Sequence record: NC_034623.1
Length of the DNA: 36,493 bases
Reading direction: 5' to 3' (one strand)
Shown: piece after piece, positions 1-7,823 of the stretch
Numbering within the stretch: the first letter of the stretch is position 1
Layout: every line of letters starts with the position of its first letter
The notes under the pieces: model-generated
The model's database searches: none
Seen by the model: the letters and a program-made list of their open reading frames with translations, nothing else
Told to the model about the DNA's origin: nothing
Made by a program: the position numbers and the translations under genes

Positions 1-58
1 ACTACAAATACCTAGTTAATATTCTGCAATTGCAAAGGCTTAATTAGGTATTTGTAGT
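1..58. other. Terminal imperfect palindrome, probable read-through of the covalently closed hairpin end
   Basis: 1-19 (actacaaatacctagttaa) is the reverse complement of 40-58 with one mismatch. The inner palindrome tgcaattgca (25-34) has the same axis (29/30). Rudivirus genomes are known to have hairpin ends. Confidence 0.8.
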
Positions 59-99
59 TTTTTTCATTTTCTGCGAAAATTTCACAACTAATGCAAAAA

Positions 100-470
100 A
101 TTGAAAATTCCAATTTCTTTCGTTTTTTTCGTTTTTTTCGCAAATTTCCCAACTTTCGCAATAAATTGGAAATTCCAATTAATTCTACACCTCCAAATAT
201 TAATTGGAGCGGTGCAAAAAATTCAAAATTCCAAAATTCCAATTAATCTGTCATTTTGCGTAAATTGTGCAAAAAATGAGAAAAATTGTAAATTCCTAAT
301 TTCCTAAATTTGAAATAATCTATCATTTTCTGCAAAAAAGTTAAAAAATTGGAAATTCCTAAATTCCAAATAATTCTACATTTCCAAATAATTTTCCAAC
401 TATGATAAAAAATACTAATTTTCTAAATTCCTAAATTACAATTAATCTGTCATTTAGTGAAATTTGTAAT
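100..470. repeat. Degenerate terminal AAATTCC-type direct repeats, including a 21-mer matching the rudivirus terminal consensus
   Basis: Many (g)aaattcc(t/a)aa units. 290-310 aaattcctaatttcctaaatt is the reverse complement of AATTTAGGAATTTAGGAATTT (recalled consensus) with one mismatch. Longer blocks recur ~190-200 bp apart (taattctaca..tccaaata; aattaatctgtcattt at ~241 and ~440). Confidence 0.75.
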
Positions 471-569
471 ATAAAATTTGCAAATTCAAACTTTGGAAAT
501 TTGTAATAAATGTTAATTTGTGGATATTAATAACTACTAACTATAATATTATAATTTATAATTTGTAGG

Positions 570-685
570 AAACCAAACCCACAATTTAAAACTTTTAGTT
601 ACTAAACATATTCATAATTTATTTAAATTATTAATTCTAGCAAACCAAAACCTCAATTTAAAGTTAGAAAGTTACTAAACATATT
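570..685. repeat. Two-copy ~44-bp direct repeat in the ITR
   Basis: aaaccaaa(a)ccNcaatttaaa...agttactaaacatatt at 570-612 and 642-685; the last 16 bp are identical and 73 bp apart. Confidence 0.8.
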
Positions 686-800
686 GTTAATTTGTTATAT
701 TTATTCATTTCGTTATGTGTTGTTAGTTTTTTGCGTTTAGTGTTGGAGAAATTGGAAGTTTAGAAAGAAAAGTTTATATACCAGAAGAAAGCATTTAATA

Positions 801-890
801 ATGTTAGTGGACATTATCTTTCTTCTTATTATTATTTTTTTATATATATTATTATTAACATTTAAATTAGATAATTATATAACTACATAG
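801..890 (+). CDS. Candidate 29-aa hydrophobic micropeptide MLVDIIFLLIIIFLYILLLTFKLDNYITT
   Basis: Translated by hand. A purine-rich BRE plus TATA (gaaagaaaagtttatata, 763-780) lies ~20 bp upstream of the ATG. It could be a chance ORF in T-rich DNA. Confidence 0.35.
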   Translation: MLVDIIFLLIIIFLYILLLTFKLDNYITT

Positions 891-1098
891 TTAGTATATT
901 ATATAATTAGCTAACTACTAATTAGTAGTTTATAATTAATAAATTATAGTCAAACCCAAAATAGGTTTTTTTACGCGATTTCACCGTTACAAAACAATTT
1001 ATCTCTACAGCGTTGAAAGAAATTGGAGATGCAAAGTTGATACGTTCTCTATAGAGAGAGATGGCGATAAGAGAAGAAGAGATAGAAAGATAAAAAGA

Positions 1099-1132
1099 TA
1101 GAGAAAACTTTAAATATGAGTTTAGACATATG
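1099..1132 (+). promoter_or_regulatory. Conserved early/accessory-gene promoter (TAGAGAAAACTTTAAATA class), copy 1
   Basis: tagagaaaactttaaatatgagtttagacatatg upstream of ATG 1151; near-identical copies elsewhere in both arms. Confidence 0.85.
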
Positions 1133-1150
1133 TAAAATTGTGAATGAAAA

Positions 1151-1348
1151 ATGGTAGACACAAAAGTAAAAATAAGCAAGAAACAAGCAAATGAATTAGC
1201 AAAACAGCTTCAACAAGACAAAAATTTTATTCCATACAAAGGCGAAGCCGACTTTTATTATTCTTTTATTGAGAAACAAGGAAAAGTTCATATAAAATTG
1301 TACCAATTTGGAAAAGATTTTTATTTAGAAATTACCACATTAAGTTAA
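1151..1348 (+). CDS. Hypothetical 65-aa accessory protein inside the ITR (presumably diploid)
   Basis: ORF directly behind the conserved promoter and followed by a T-tract; its 3' end is mirrored at 36456-36493. Confidence 0.75.
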   Translation: MVDTKVKISKKQANELAKQLQQDKNFIPYKGEADFYYSFIEKQGKVHIKLYQFGKDFYLEITTLS

Positions 1349-1410
1349 TTTTTTAATTGTTATTTTTAATTTCCTATTTTTCTTCTGTTTTATAATTTTT
1401 TATTTTCTGT
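1349..1410 (+). terminator. T-rich archaeal terminator region
   Basis: Multiple oligo-T runs immediately after the stop codon; the same pattern follows most arm ORFs. Confidence 0.55.
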
Positions 1411-1518
1411 AATTATGCTCAATTTTTCTCATATTTGAGATAATATTACTAAATATAGAGAAATCGTATGTTGTATAGCCTAATGATAAAAATAACGAAA
1501 AATAGAGATCTAAAAAAG

Positions 1519-1537
1519 GAGAGAAAAATTTATAAAG
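1519..1537 (+). promoter_or_regulatory. BRE/TATA (gagagaaaaatttataaag) at the inner ITR boundary
   Basis: Lies ~30 bp upstream of ATG 1569; the mirror copy at 36267-36285 is upstream of the 77-aa minus-strand ORF. Confidence 0.75.
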
Positions 1538-1568
1538 GAGGAGAAAGATATGATATAATGGTGAAAAG

Positions 1569-1907
1569 ATGAAACATTTGACTGATGAACGAATCAGTGA
1601 ATTAATAAAACAAGCAATACAAGAAGGAAAAAATGATTCAAGATACTATCTCATAATTAAAGAGTACAAGGGAAGAGATGGGCATGTAAAGATTAGACAA
1701 GTTTATGGCGAATATGAAATGATATTGATGAATATTAATGATGCTGATGATAATACAAGAGAATTTGAATATGCTGTTATTCCCAAGAGTGATACGGTAA
1801 TATTGCTGGTTGAAGAAAGAATTAAATATAATTCACAGAGCCAAAAACATCAAATAGTATACGTTTTCAATTTCTTTACCGGCTGGAAGTCATTAAGTCT
1901 ATATTAA
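1569..1907 (+). CDS. Hypothetical 112-aa accessory protein (candidate anti-defence)
   Basis: Clean ORF with promoter, ggtga SD-like sequence and downstream T-tract; beta-rich with C-terminal YVFNFFTGWK. Confidence 0.8.
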   Translation: MKHLTDERISELIKQAIQEGKNDSRYYLIIKEYKGRDGHVKIRQVYGEYEMILMNINDADDNTREFEYAVIPKSDTVILLVEERIKYNSQSQKHQIVYVFNFFTGWKSLSLY

Positions 1908-2020
1908 GTTAATTGTTTTTTTTATTTTTATTTTTATTATCTTCTATTTTATATTTTCTATTTTGAGATAAAAATTGATAATATAAGATAAAAAAGTAGA
2001 TAGATAGAGAGATAAACGTT

Positions 2021-2054
2021 TAGAGAAAACTTTAAATATAAGTTTAGACATATA
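2021..2054 (+). promoter_or_regulatory. Conserved early promoter, copy 2
   Basis: tagagaaaactttaaatataagtttagacatata. Confidence 0.85.
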
Positions 2055-2068
2055 TATAATTGAGAGTT

Positions 2069-2296
2069 ATGAAGATTCAAATTATTGATGTAAAATTTCA
2101 TGACTTTGAAATAGTTCAACAAATGAACAATTTTGCTTTAGCTAAATGTAATTGTTGTTCAAAGTCAAGATTTGCGGTTTATAAAATTTCAGAAAAAAAT
2201 AGATTTTTTTATTATCATGGATTTGATCAAAAATATGCACAAAAATTATTTTCTTCTCTCGTTTCTCGTTTTAATTCACAACAACAAATTCAATAA
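2069..2296 (+). CDS. Hypothetical 75-aa protein (MKIQIIDVK..., contains CNCC)
   Basis: ORF behind promoter copy 2; ATG 2069 preferred over TTG 2060. Confidence 0.75.
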   Translation: MKIQIIDVKFHDFEIVQQMNNFALAKCNCCSKSRFAVYKISEKNRFFYYHGFDQKYAQKLFSSLVSRFNSQQQIQ

Positions 2297-2505
2297 TTTT
2301 TTTAACTTTTTTCCTTAATTTTATTTTATTTTTATAATTTTATATTTTAACTTCCTATTTTTATGTTTATTATCTTCTATTTTTATCAATATTTTTTTTC
2401 ATGTTTGGGATAATAATACTAACATTTTAGGAAATTCGTAAATCTAAAATTAAAGATACTTTTAAATTTGTCATATAACGTATGATGATTTGTAGATGAT
2501 AAAAA

Positions 2506-2694
2506 ATGACAAGAGTACATAAATTAACTGCTGAGCAGAAAAAAATTCTAGAAAGAATGAGAAATAGGATAAATTATATTATTGAAACTTATAGTGAGTA
2601 TTTGAATGCATTATCTGAATTTGATAGAACTGGTGTATTAAAAATTCATGGGAAAGTCATTTATGAAAGAAAGTATAATGATCATGAAAATTAA
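2506..2694 (+). CDS. Conserved small 62-aa rudi-/lipothrixvirus-type protein
   Basis: The motif L(S/A)EFDRTGVLKIHGKV resembles a ~62-aa family I recall from SIRVs; TATA+GTC promoter (tttaaatttgtc 2461-2472). Confidence 0.75.
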   Translation: MTRVHKLTAEQKKILERMRNRINYIIETYSEYLNALSEFDRTGVLKIHGKVIYERKYNDHEN

Positions 2695-2730
2695 CATAAT
2701 TGTAAGTCGAAAAATGAAGACATGAAAAGA

Positions 2731-2764
2731 TAGAGAAAACTTTAAATACTTTTGAAGACAGATG
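2731..2764 (+). promoter_or_regulatory. Conserved early promoter, copy 3
   Basis: tagagaaaactttaaatacttttgaagacagatg, followed by a leader similar to copy 1 (taaaaatagtgaataaaaaatg). Confidence 0.85.
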
Positions 2765-2783
2765 TAAAAATAGTGAATAAAAA

Positions 2784-3062
2784 ATGAATGCATTCGAAAT
2801 CTTGCAAAAAGCAAAAGAAAAAGGAGAAGTTTTTTTAGTTTCACTTACGCCTGAAGAGTTGAAAAGTACAGGATTTGAAGAAGAAAAAGAATTTTTTAAT
2901 TTTCAGTTTGTAGATATTTTTTTAATATATGACAACGGTTACAAGCTAAAATATATTTTTGATGGAGATAATAGCAATTTCCTATATGAAAGTGAAAAAG
3001 ATGTTGGCGGATATATATATTTTTTGGAAGTAATTAATGCGTATCTTAATGCAAGTAAATAA
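2784..3062 (+). CDS. Hypothetical acidic 92-aa protein (candidate anti-defence)
   Basis: ORF behind promoter copy 3; rich in E/D and aromatic residues. Confidence 0.8.
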   Translation: MNAFEILQKAKEKGEVFLVSLTPEELKSTGFEEEKEFFNFQFVDIFLIYDNGYKLKYIFDGDNSNFLYESEKDVGGYIYFLEVINAYLNASK

Positions 3063-3180
3063 TTTTTTAAGTTATTTTTTTTATTGATTATTTTTCTCAG
3101 ATTCATTTTAATATTTCAGGATTAACATTTATTAAGAGAAACATAAATATGTCATAAATATAAAAGAAAATCGATATATT

Positions 3181-3705
3181 ATGAATATAGTTTTAAGAGA
3201 ATTTGATAAAGAAAAATTTAATATAAATATCACTGCATGGTTAGATATTGATAATGATATTCAAAGTTGTTATACAAATTTTAAAGAAATTACGATAGTT
3301 ACAATAATTCAAATGATTTCTGAAATTGTAGAAAAAGATGGCTGGGATTTACAATATTTTGAGAAAGATGAAGAAGAAAAATTATTTAATGCATTTATGA
3401 AAAATTCTAAAATTACAGTAAGATTAAATAAAAAGATAGATGAATTAAATTATGTTTTTGAAGAAACTATTGTTGAATTTGATTTTCCAGAAATTGAGAA
3501 AAAGAGAATTGCGGAAATATATTTGAGTAATATACTTAATAATCTTTATTATTTTGATGAATGTATTATTTATAATTTAGATGAAGGAGATATTAATTTA
3601 ATACCAGAAGTTTTAAGTGATGAAGTTTATCAATTATTAAGTCCTGATGAAATAAAGGGAAAATTTAAGGAAAAGATAGAGAAAATTATTAGTGACAAAG
3701 AATAA
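3181..3705 (+). CDS. Hypothetical strongly acidic 174-aa protein
   Basis: Long ORF with TATA+GTC (ataaatatgtc ~3143-3153); very D/E rich. Confidence 0.8.
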   Translation: MNIVLREFDKEKFNINITAWLDIDNDIQSCYTNFKEITIVTIIQMISEIVEKDGWDLQYFEKDEEEKLFNAFMKNSKITVRLNKKIDELNYVFEETIVEFDFPEIEKKRIAEIYLSNILNNLYYFDECIIYNLDEGDINLIPEVLSDEVYQLLSPDEIKGKFKEKIEKIISDKE

Positions 3706-3720
3706 ATATGGTGCAGAAAT

Positions 3721-3882
3721 ATGAATTTAAATGCTCCATTGGATCCAATATGGCTTTTGGTTATTGTTGGAATTTTTTATGAATTATTATTTATCTTTTT
3801 CTTATTGGAATTAAGACAGATAATGAAACGAATTGAAGAAGAAGAATTAGTCAGAATGTTAAAAAAGAAATATAAAAATTAA
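3721..3882 (+). CDS. 53-aa single-pass membrane protein (MNLNAPLDPIWLLVIVGIFYELLFIFFLLELRQ...)
   Basis: Translated by hand; 15 bp after the previous stop with a ggtg SD-like motif; one hydrophobic segment plus a charged tail. Confidence 0.6.
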   Translation: MNLNAPLDPIWLLVIVGIFYELLFIFFLLELRQIMKRIEEEELVRMLKKKYKN

Positions 3883-3928
3883 ATAAATTTTCACTAAAAA
3901 CATGGCGTAAGCTACAAAGATAAAAGTT

Positions 3929-3962
3929 TAGAGAAAACTTTAAATATAAGTTTTTACATATG
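3929..3962 (+). promoter_or_regulatory. Conserved early promoter, copy 4
   Basis: tagagaaaactttaaatataagtttttacatatg. Confidence 0.85.
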
Positions 3963-3981
3963 TTATATTGGTGATAAAAAG

Positions 3982-4149
3982 ATGAAAGTCGTACAAGTTC
4001 AAAACACAAGATATTTCATTCAAGACAAAGATGATTTAATAAGCGTAACTCATGAGTTGGCAAGGCAAGGCTATAGTATAAGTCAAATAGCTCAAGTGTT
4101 AGGAATAAGTGAACGACAAGTAAGAAAGTATTTGGAAGATTGTTGGTAA
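3982..4149 (+). CDS. 55-aa HTH protein, homolog of SIRV1 ORF56a / SIRV2 gp1
   Basis: Translated by hand: MKVVQVQNTRYFIQDKDDLISVTHELARQGYSISQIAQVLGISERQVRKYLEDCW. It has a classic HTH (SQIAQVLGISERQVRKYL) and closely matches my recollection of SIRV ORF56a. Confidence 0.88.
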   Translation: MKVVQVQNTRYFIQDKDDLISVTHELARQGYSISQIAQVLGISERQVRKYLEDCW

Positions 4150-4353
4150 GCTAATTCTTTTTTTAATTTTCAATTTTCTCTTTTTCTTTTATTTTTATAT
4201 TTATATTTTTGTTGTCTTTGTTTTCTATCTTTATCAATAATTTTTCTCAAATTTCAAATAATAATTCTACTAGTTTAAGAAGTTTATAAACCGAAAAATA
4301 AAAAAAGTTATATATTTGTCATATCTAGTTAGTTGTTTTTTGGAGGAAAGAAA

Positions 4354-4806
4354 ATGAGTGAAAATAACCTTATAAATGAGATAATTAACAGTTTGGAAGT
4401 TTTAAAACAACAAATTGATGAAATTAAGACAAAATTAATATCTACAAATCATGACAAAGATATAGAAAATGTTTTTGAAAAATTAAGAAAAATTGCAGAT
4501 GATCATTTAATTAATGCTATAATTTTTGTTTCAAACAGTGAAGTAAAATATATTGCAATTCGTTCAGATAGCACTGGATATAAAACTCTTGTCATTTTAA
4601 ATAATAAGGCATATTATTTCTATGAATATTCAATTATCAAAGGAAGATTACAATTAAGATATTTCAAAGAATATGATATTCCAGAAGATATTATAAAAAT
4701 ATTAGAGAAATTGCCAGAGTCGAATATTGATTATGCAGAACCGAGATATTTCAAATTATATTATATTTTGAAAAAACATTATTCAATAGATTTAATTAAA
4801 GAGTAA
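4354..4806 (+). CDS. ~150-aa accessory protein with N-terminal coiled coil, paralog of 34294-34758
   Basis: ggagg SD before ATG 4354; shares FEKLR, IIFV, VKYIA, KAY, EYxIPEDII and PxYFKxYYxLKKxY with the right-arm ORF. Confidence 0.85.
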   Translation: MSENNLINEIINSLEVLKQQIDEIKTKLISTNHDKDIENVFEKLRKIADDHLINAIIFVSNSEVKYIAIRSDSTGYKTLVILNNKAYYFYEYSIIKGRLQLRYFKEYDIPEDIIKILEKLPESNIDYAEPRYFKLYYILKKHYSIDLIKE

Positions 4807-5024
4807 TGTCAATTTTATCTTTCTTTTTTATTTTTCGATTTTTTCATTTTTTACGTAACATTTTTCTGCTTCTTATTTTGATGTTTTGCCAAAATAAAGT
4901 TAATTTTTTTCTTTTTTAGTTTTAACTTTCTATTTTTTATTTTTATGTTCCATTTTTTTCACTTTTGATATATTATTTCTAAACTGGAGAAATTAAAAAA
5001 GCGTAAGATAGAAACGTAAAACTG

Positions 5025-5056
5025 TAGAGAAAACTTTATATATAAGTTTTTACATA
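5025..5056 (+). promoter_or_regulatory. Conserved early promoter, copy 5
   Basis: tagagaaaactttatatataagtttttacata. Confidence 0.85.
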
Positions 5057-5074
5057 ATAGATATTAGTGATAAA

Positions 5075-5323
5075 ATGAGTCAAGTAGAAAAGCAAAAAGT
5101 TAAATTAGGTAAAAAAGAAAAAGCGGTTTTAGATTTTTTGAAATCGTATCCTCAAGGAATATGGAAAGATGAGGTTATTAGACATTTTTCATGGGCATCA
5201 AGATATGACTCTGTAATGAGTAAACGTTTGCACAATCTGCAGAAAAAAGGATTAATAGTGATAAAAGCAGAAGTTAATCCTTCCTCTGGAAGGTCAAAAC
5301 AAAGAGTATATTTAAAACAATAA
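5075..5323 (+). CDS. 82-aa winged-helix DNA-binding protein (paralog of 32954-33202); candidate Aca-like regulator
   Basis: wHTH pattern LGKKEKAVLDFL...RLHNLQKKGLIVIK...GRSKQRVYL. Confidence 0.8.
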   Translation: MSQVEKQKVKLGKKEKAVLDFLKSYPQGIWKDEVIRHFSWASRYDSVMSKRLHNLQKKGLIVIKAEVNPSSGRSKQRVYLKQ

Positions 5324-5356
5324 TTTTTTTCTTTAAGCTTTTTCTTTTTTTTAGTT

Positions 5357-5548
5357 TTATTTTAGTTCTCTAATTAAATTTTCTATCTCACCTATTATAT
5401 CTTCTATTTCTTCAATTTTTGCTTTTTCAAAATTATGTTCTTCATAATTTTCAATAAGTTTCATAATTTCTTCTAATTTTTCTTTTGCATTTTGCAATTC
5501 TTTTATTGCATCTTCAAGATCTGATATTATTTCATCATAATCTATCAT
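5357..5548 (-). CDS. 63-aa acidic coiled-coil protein
   Basis: Heptad pattern; last gene of the minus-strand replication operon (3-bp gap to the upstream ORF). Confidence 0.75.
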   Translation of the reverse strand: MIDYDEIISDLEDAIKELQNAKEKLEEIMKLIENYEEHNFEKAKIEEIEDIIGEIENLIRELK

Positions 5549-5551
5549 TTT

Positions 5552-5818
5552 TTACACCTCTTTTATAATTTTTGAAACTTTTCCAATTGTTACATTTATT
5601 GTATTGCCAAAAGTTGAAAACCAAATTTCAAAATTTAATAGTTTATTATCAATTTCTAAATAACCAGCAATTTTATTTTTATTTTTTGTATAAAATATTA
5701 TTCTTGGTTTTTCGTTAAAAATAAAAGCTTTATTTAGTAAATTTAAAATATCTTTTTCATTCATATTTTCAACTTTGTTTTTTATTTTTTCCATTTGTTC
5801 TAAAAATTTTTCACTCAT
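5552..5818 (-). CDS. 88-aa hypothetical protein, distant paralog of 35393-35761
   Basis: Ungapped match DIxNxL..NExPxII..G......K...F to the right-arm ORF; own TATA+GTC upstream. Confidence 0.8.
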   Translation of the reverse strand: MSEKFLEQMEKIKNKVENMNEKDILNLLNKAFIFNEKPRIIFYTKNKNKIAGYLEIDNKLLNFEIWFSTFGNTINVTIGKVSKIIKEV

Positions 5819-5870
5819 ATGACATCAAATAATCATATAAATTATGACAAATAAAAATCTTTCTATTTTT

Positions 5871-6488
5871 TCAGAATAAAGAGCCAAAACATTTTGCTTT
5901 AAATTCACAATTTTTACATAAATAATTATTTGCTCCTGGTATAGTTTTATAATCTTGTGATTTCATAAATTCTTTAAATTTCTTAATCCAATCAATTGTC
6001 TTTTTTGTATATTCATCTAATACTTTTTTGTCTATTTGAAATTGCCTAACTTCTTTGTTTATTCTATTTAAATATATAATGTATACGTTATCAATTTTAT
6101 AGTTTTGTTGTTGTAGTAAATAATAGTAGATTGAGACTTGGTAAAGATGATACTCCTTTATATTAAAGTAATTACTTGTAATAGTTTTTAATTCTATAAG
6201 ATCATTATTGCAAATTAAGTCAATTCTTCCAGAAATTTTTATATTTTCAATTTCGCCTTTCACTTCAATTTCTGCTTTACAGCCTAATTTTTCTTGAAAA
6301 TAATGTTCTACTTTTTCATGATATTGTTCTCCTAAATCTAAAGTAATTTCATTTACGGCTTTCTCAAATTCAAATTTTCTACTAAAATAGCTTTTTCTAA
6401 AGCAAATTCCAATTTCGCTAGGAAATATTGTATCTTCTGGATATTTCATTTTAAAGCTTTGTTTTACAAATTCTTCATAATTTGTCAT
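5871..6488 (-). CDS. cas4: Cas4-like (RecB/PD-(D/E)xK) ssDNA nuclease with Fe-S cysteines (SIRV2 gp19-like)
   Basis: [32 protein letters not shown] and C-terminal [10 protein letters not shown]. Confidence 0.95.
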   Translation of the reverse strand: MTNYEEFVKQSFKMKYPEDTIFPSEIGICFRKSYFSRKFEFEKAVNEITLDLGEQYHEKVEHYFQEKLGCKAEIEVKGEIENIKISGRIDLICNNDLIELKTITSNYFNIKEYHLYQVSIYYYLLQQQNYKIDNVYIIYLNRINKEVRQFQIDKKVLDEYTKKTIDWIKKFKEFMKSQDYKTIPGANNYLCKNCEFKAKCFGSLF

Positions 6489-6490
6489 TT

Positions 6491-7798
6491 TTAACCACCT
6501 AAATTACTAAATCTCATTAAGTTTATTATTCTATTACAAATTTCTTCATTTTGTACTTTTCCAATTTGTAGATCTATGTCTAATGCCTGTAATAGAATTT
6601 GAATATCGATACTTTGCTCTTGTCTTCTAGATTCTAAATTATTGCAATTTACATAGTTATTAATACTATTTATTTTCTGTTGAATTAATTCAATTAAAGC
6701 TTTCAAAATTGATGGATAGAGAACTCTTGCATTTATAATTTTATCATAAGTTTTTTTAATTGCTAATTGAATAATATGAATTCTATCTAATATTGCAGAT
6801 GTAAATATTTGATAATTTTGTAAATAATCTTCTATATCTGGATTTACTAATTTATTAATTGTATAAGAATATGGATTTCCAGCGTAAATAATTGGAATAC
6901 ATTTTTGAATAGTAGCAGATTTTGACTCTGTTCCAGCACCTCTTGTCCAAATACAATTTTCAATTCCAGTTGATAGAGTTGAATTTATAGTATTTAATTC
7001 TTTTGTTGAAAAACCATCTTTCCAATTTTGAATTTCATCAAATATCAATCCATTTGATAAAAATACAGCTCCATACATATTATTTCGGGCATCATAAACT
7101 AGATTTGCATAAGTTGGAGCTTCTGTATAATATCTAAAATTGAAAACTTCTTGTAAAATCATAAAAGTTGTAGTTTTTCCAGTTCCTCTGTTAGAAATTT
7201 CAATATAATTAATTTGTCTTTTTGTAATTGGAGATTTGAATAATGGAAATAATCTAGGGAGAAAGAGAAATATATCATTTATTTCCATTTTTGATGGATC
7301 ATATCCAAAACTTTGCAATAAAAGTGCATAAGTTGAATATTCTGAATTTGCTAATTCAAATAATTCTTTTGCAATTTCATAATTGTTGGGTGGCTCAATT
7401 GAATAAATATCATAAATACGCCAACCTTCTATACCTTTTCTAATTTTGACAAACATGTAACTTGTAATTAAATTATAGAAATCTTCAGGATTATCAGCTA
7501 TAAAATGTGGATCGAAATTTGCAGTAAAACCATTTTGAAATTTTGCTATTATTTCATCATCTTTAACTTTAAAATTAACAATTTTCGAAATAAACTTAAC
7601 TTCATCATTATATAATAAATAAGACTGAAAATATTGTTGATCAATTCCGCGTTTGTAAGCTTTAAGAATTTCAACTTTTTTTGAGTCTTCAATTTGTTTT
7701 CCAGATAAAATTATATTTAAAACTCTTTCTGTATCTCTTGGATTATAAAAAAAAGAATGAGATTTTATTTTTTCAAGAAGTTGAGTTGAACTACTCAT
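6491..7798 (-). CDS. AAA+/P-loop ATPase, putative helicase (SIRV2 gp18-like)
   Basis: Walker [10 protein letters not shown], Walker B LIFDEIQ, sensor AGNP and arginine finger AILDR; located between the SSB and the nuclease. Confidence 0.92.
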   Translation of the reverse strand: MSSSTQLLEKIKSHSFFYNPRDTERVLNIILSGKQIEDSKKVEILKAYKRGIDQQYFQSYLLYNDEVKFISKIVNFKVKDDEIIAKFQNGFTANFDPHFIADNPEDFYNLITSYMFVKIRKGIEGWRIYDIYSIEPPNNYEIAKELFELANSEYSTYALLLQSFGYDPSKMEINDIFLFLPRLFPLFKSPITKRQINYIEISNRGTGKTTTFMILQEVFNFRYYTEAPTYANLVYDARNNMYGAVFLSNGLIFDEIQNWKDGFSTKELNTINSTLSTGIENCIWTRGAGTESKSATIQKCIPIIYAGNPYSYTINKLVNPDIEDYLQNYQIFTSAILDRIHIIQLAIKKTYDKIINARVLYPSILKALIELIQQKINSINNYVNCNNLESRRQEQSIDIQILLQALDIDLQIGKVQNEEICNRIINLMRFSNLGG

Positions 7799-7823
7799 AA
7801 AAAAAATCGTAACTTATGACATT

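Larger units (their letters stand above)
1..1542. repeat. Left inverted terminal repeat (~1.5 kb; full extent inferred)
   Basis: 1311-1542 is the reverse complement of 36262-36493, with identity breaking at 1543/36261. The part 1-1310 is inferred to be ITR because the right end is truncated. Confidence 0.85.

Noticed and set aside
12-307. ORFs 12..242 (-) and 101..307 (+)
   Set aside because: They lie in low-complexity terminal repeats and the hairpin; the translations are repeat-derived with no promoter context.
922-1179. 85-aa minus-strand ORF
   Set aside because: Antisense to a purine-rich promoter region and the 65-aa gene; F/S/L-rich shadow composition.
2638-2844. 68-aa minus-strand ORF
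   Set aside because: Shadow of two plus-strand genes and their promoter.
2784-3062. 92-aa acidic ORF as AcrID1 (DUF1374)
   Set aside because: Size and acidity fit, but I cannot match the recalled AcrID1 pattern (e.g. the C-terminal aromatic-W-R motif); left as an unassigned candidate.
5871-6488. Cas4-like gene as evidence of a CRISPR-Cas locus or array
   Set aside because: No repeat-spacer array or other cas genes; this is the standard rudiviral replication nuclease.
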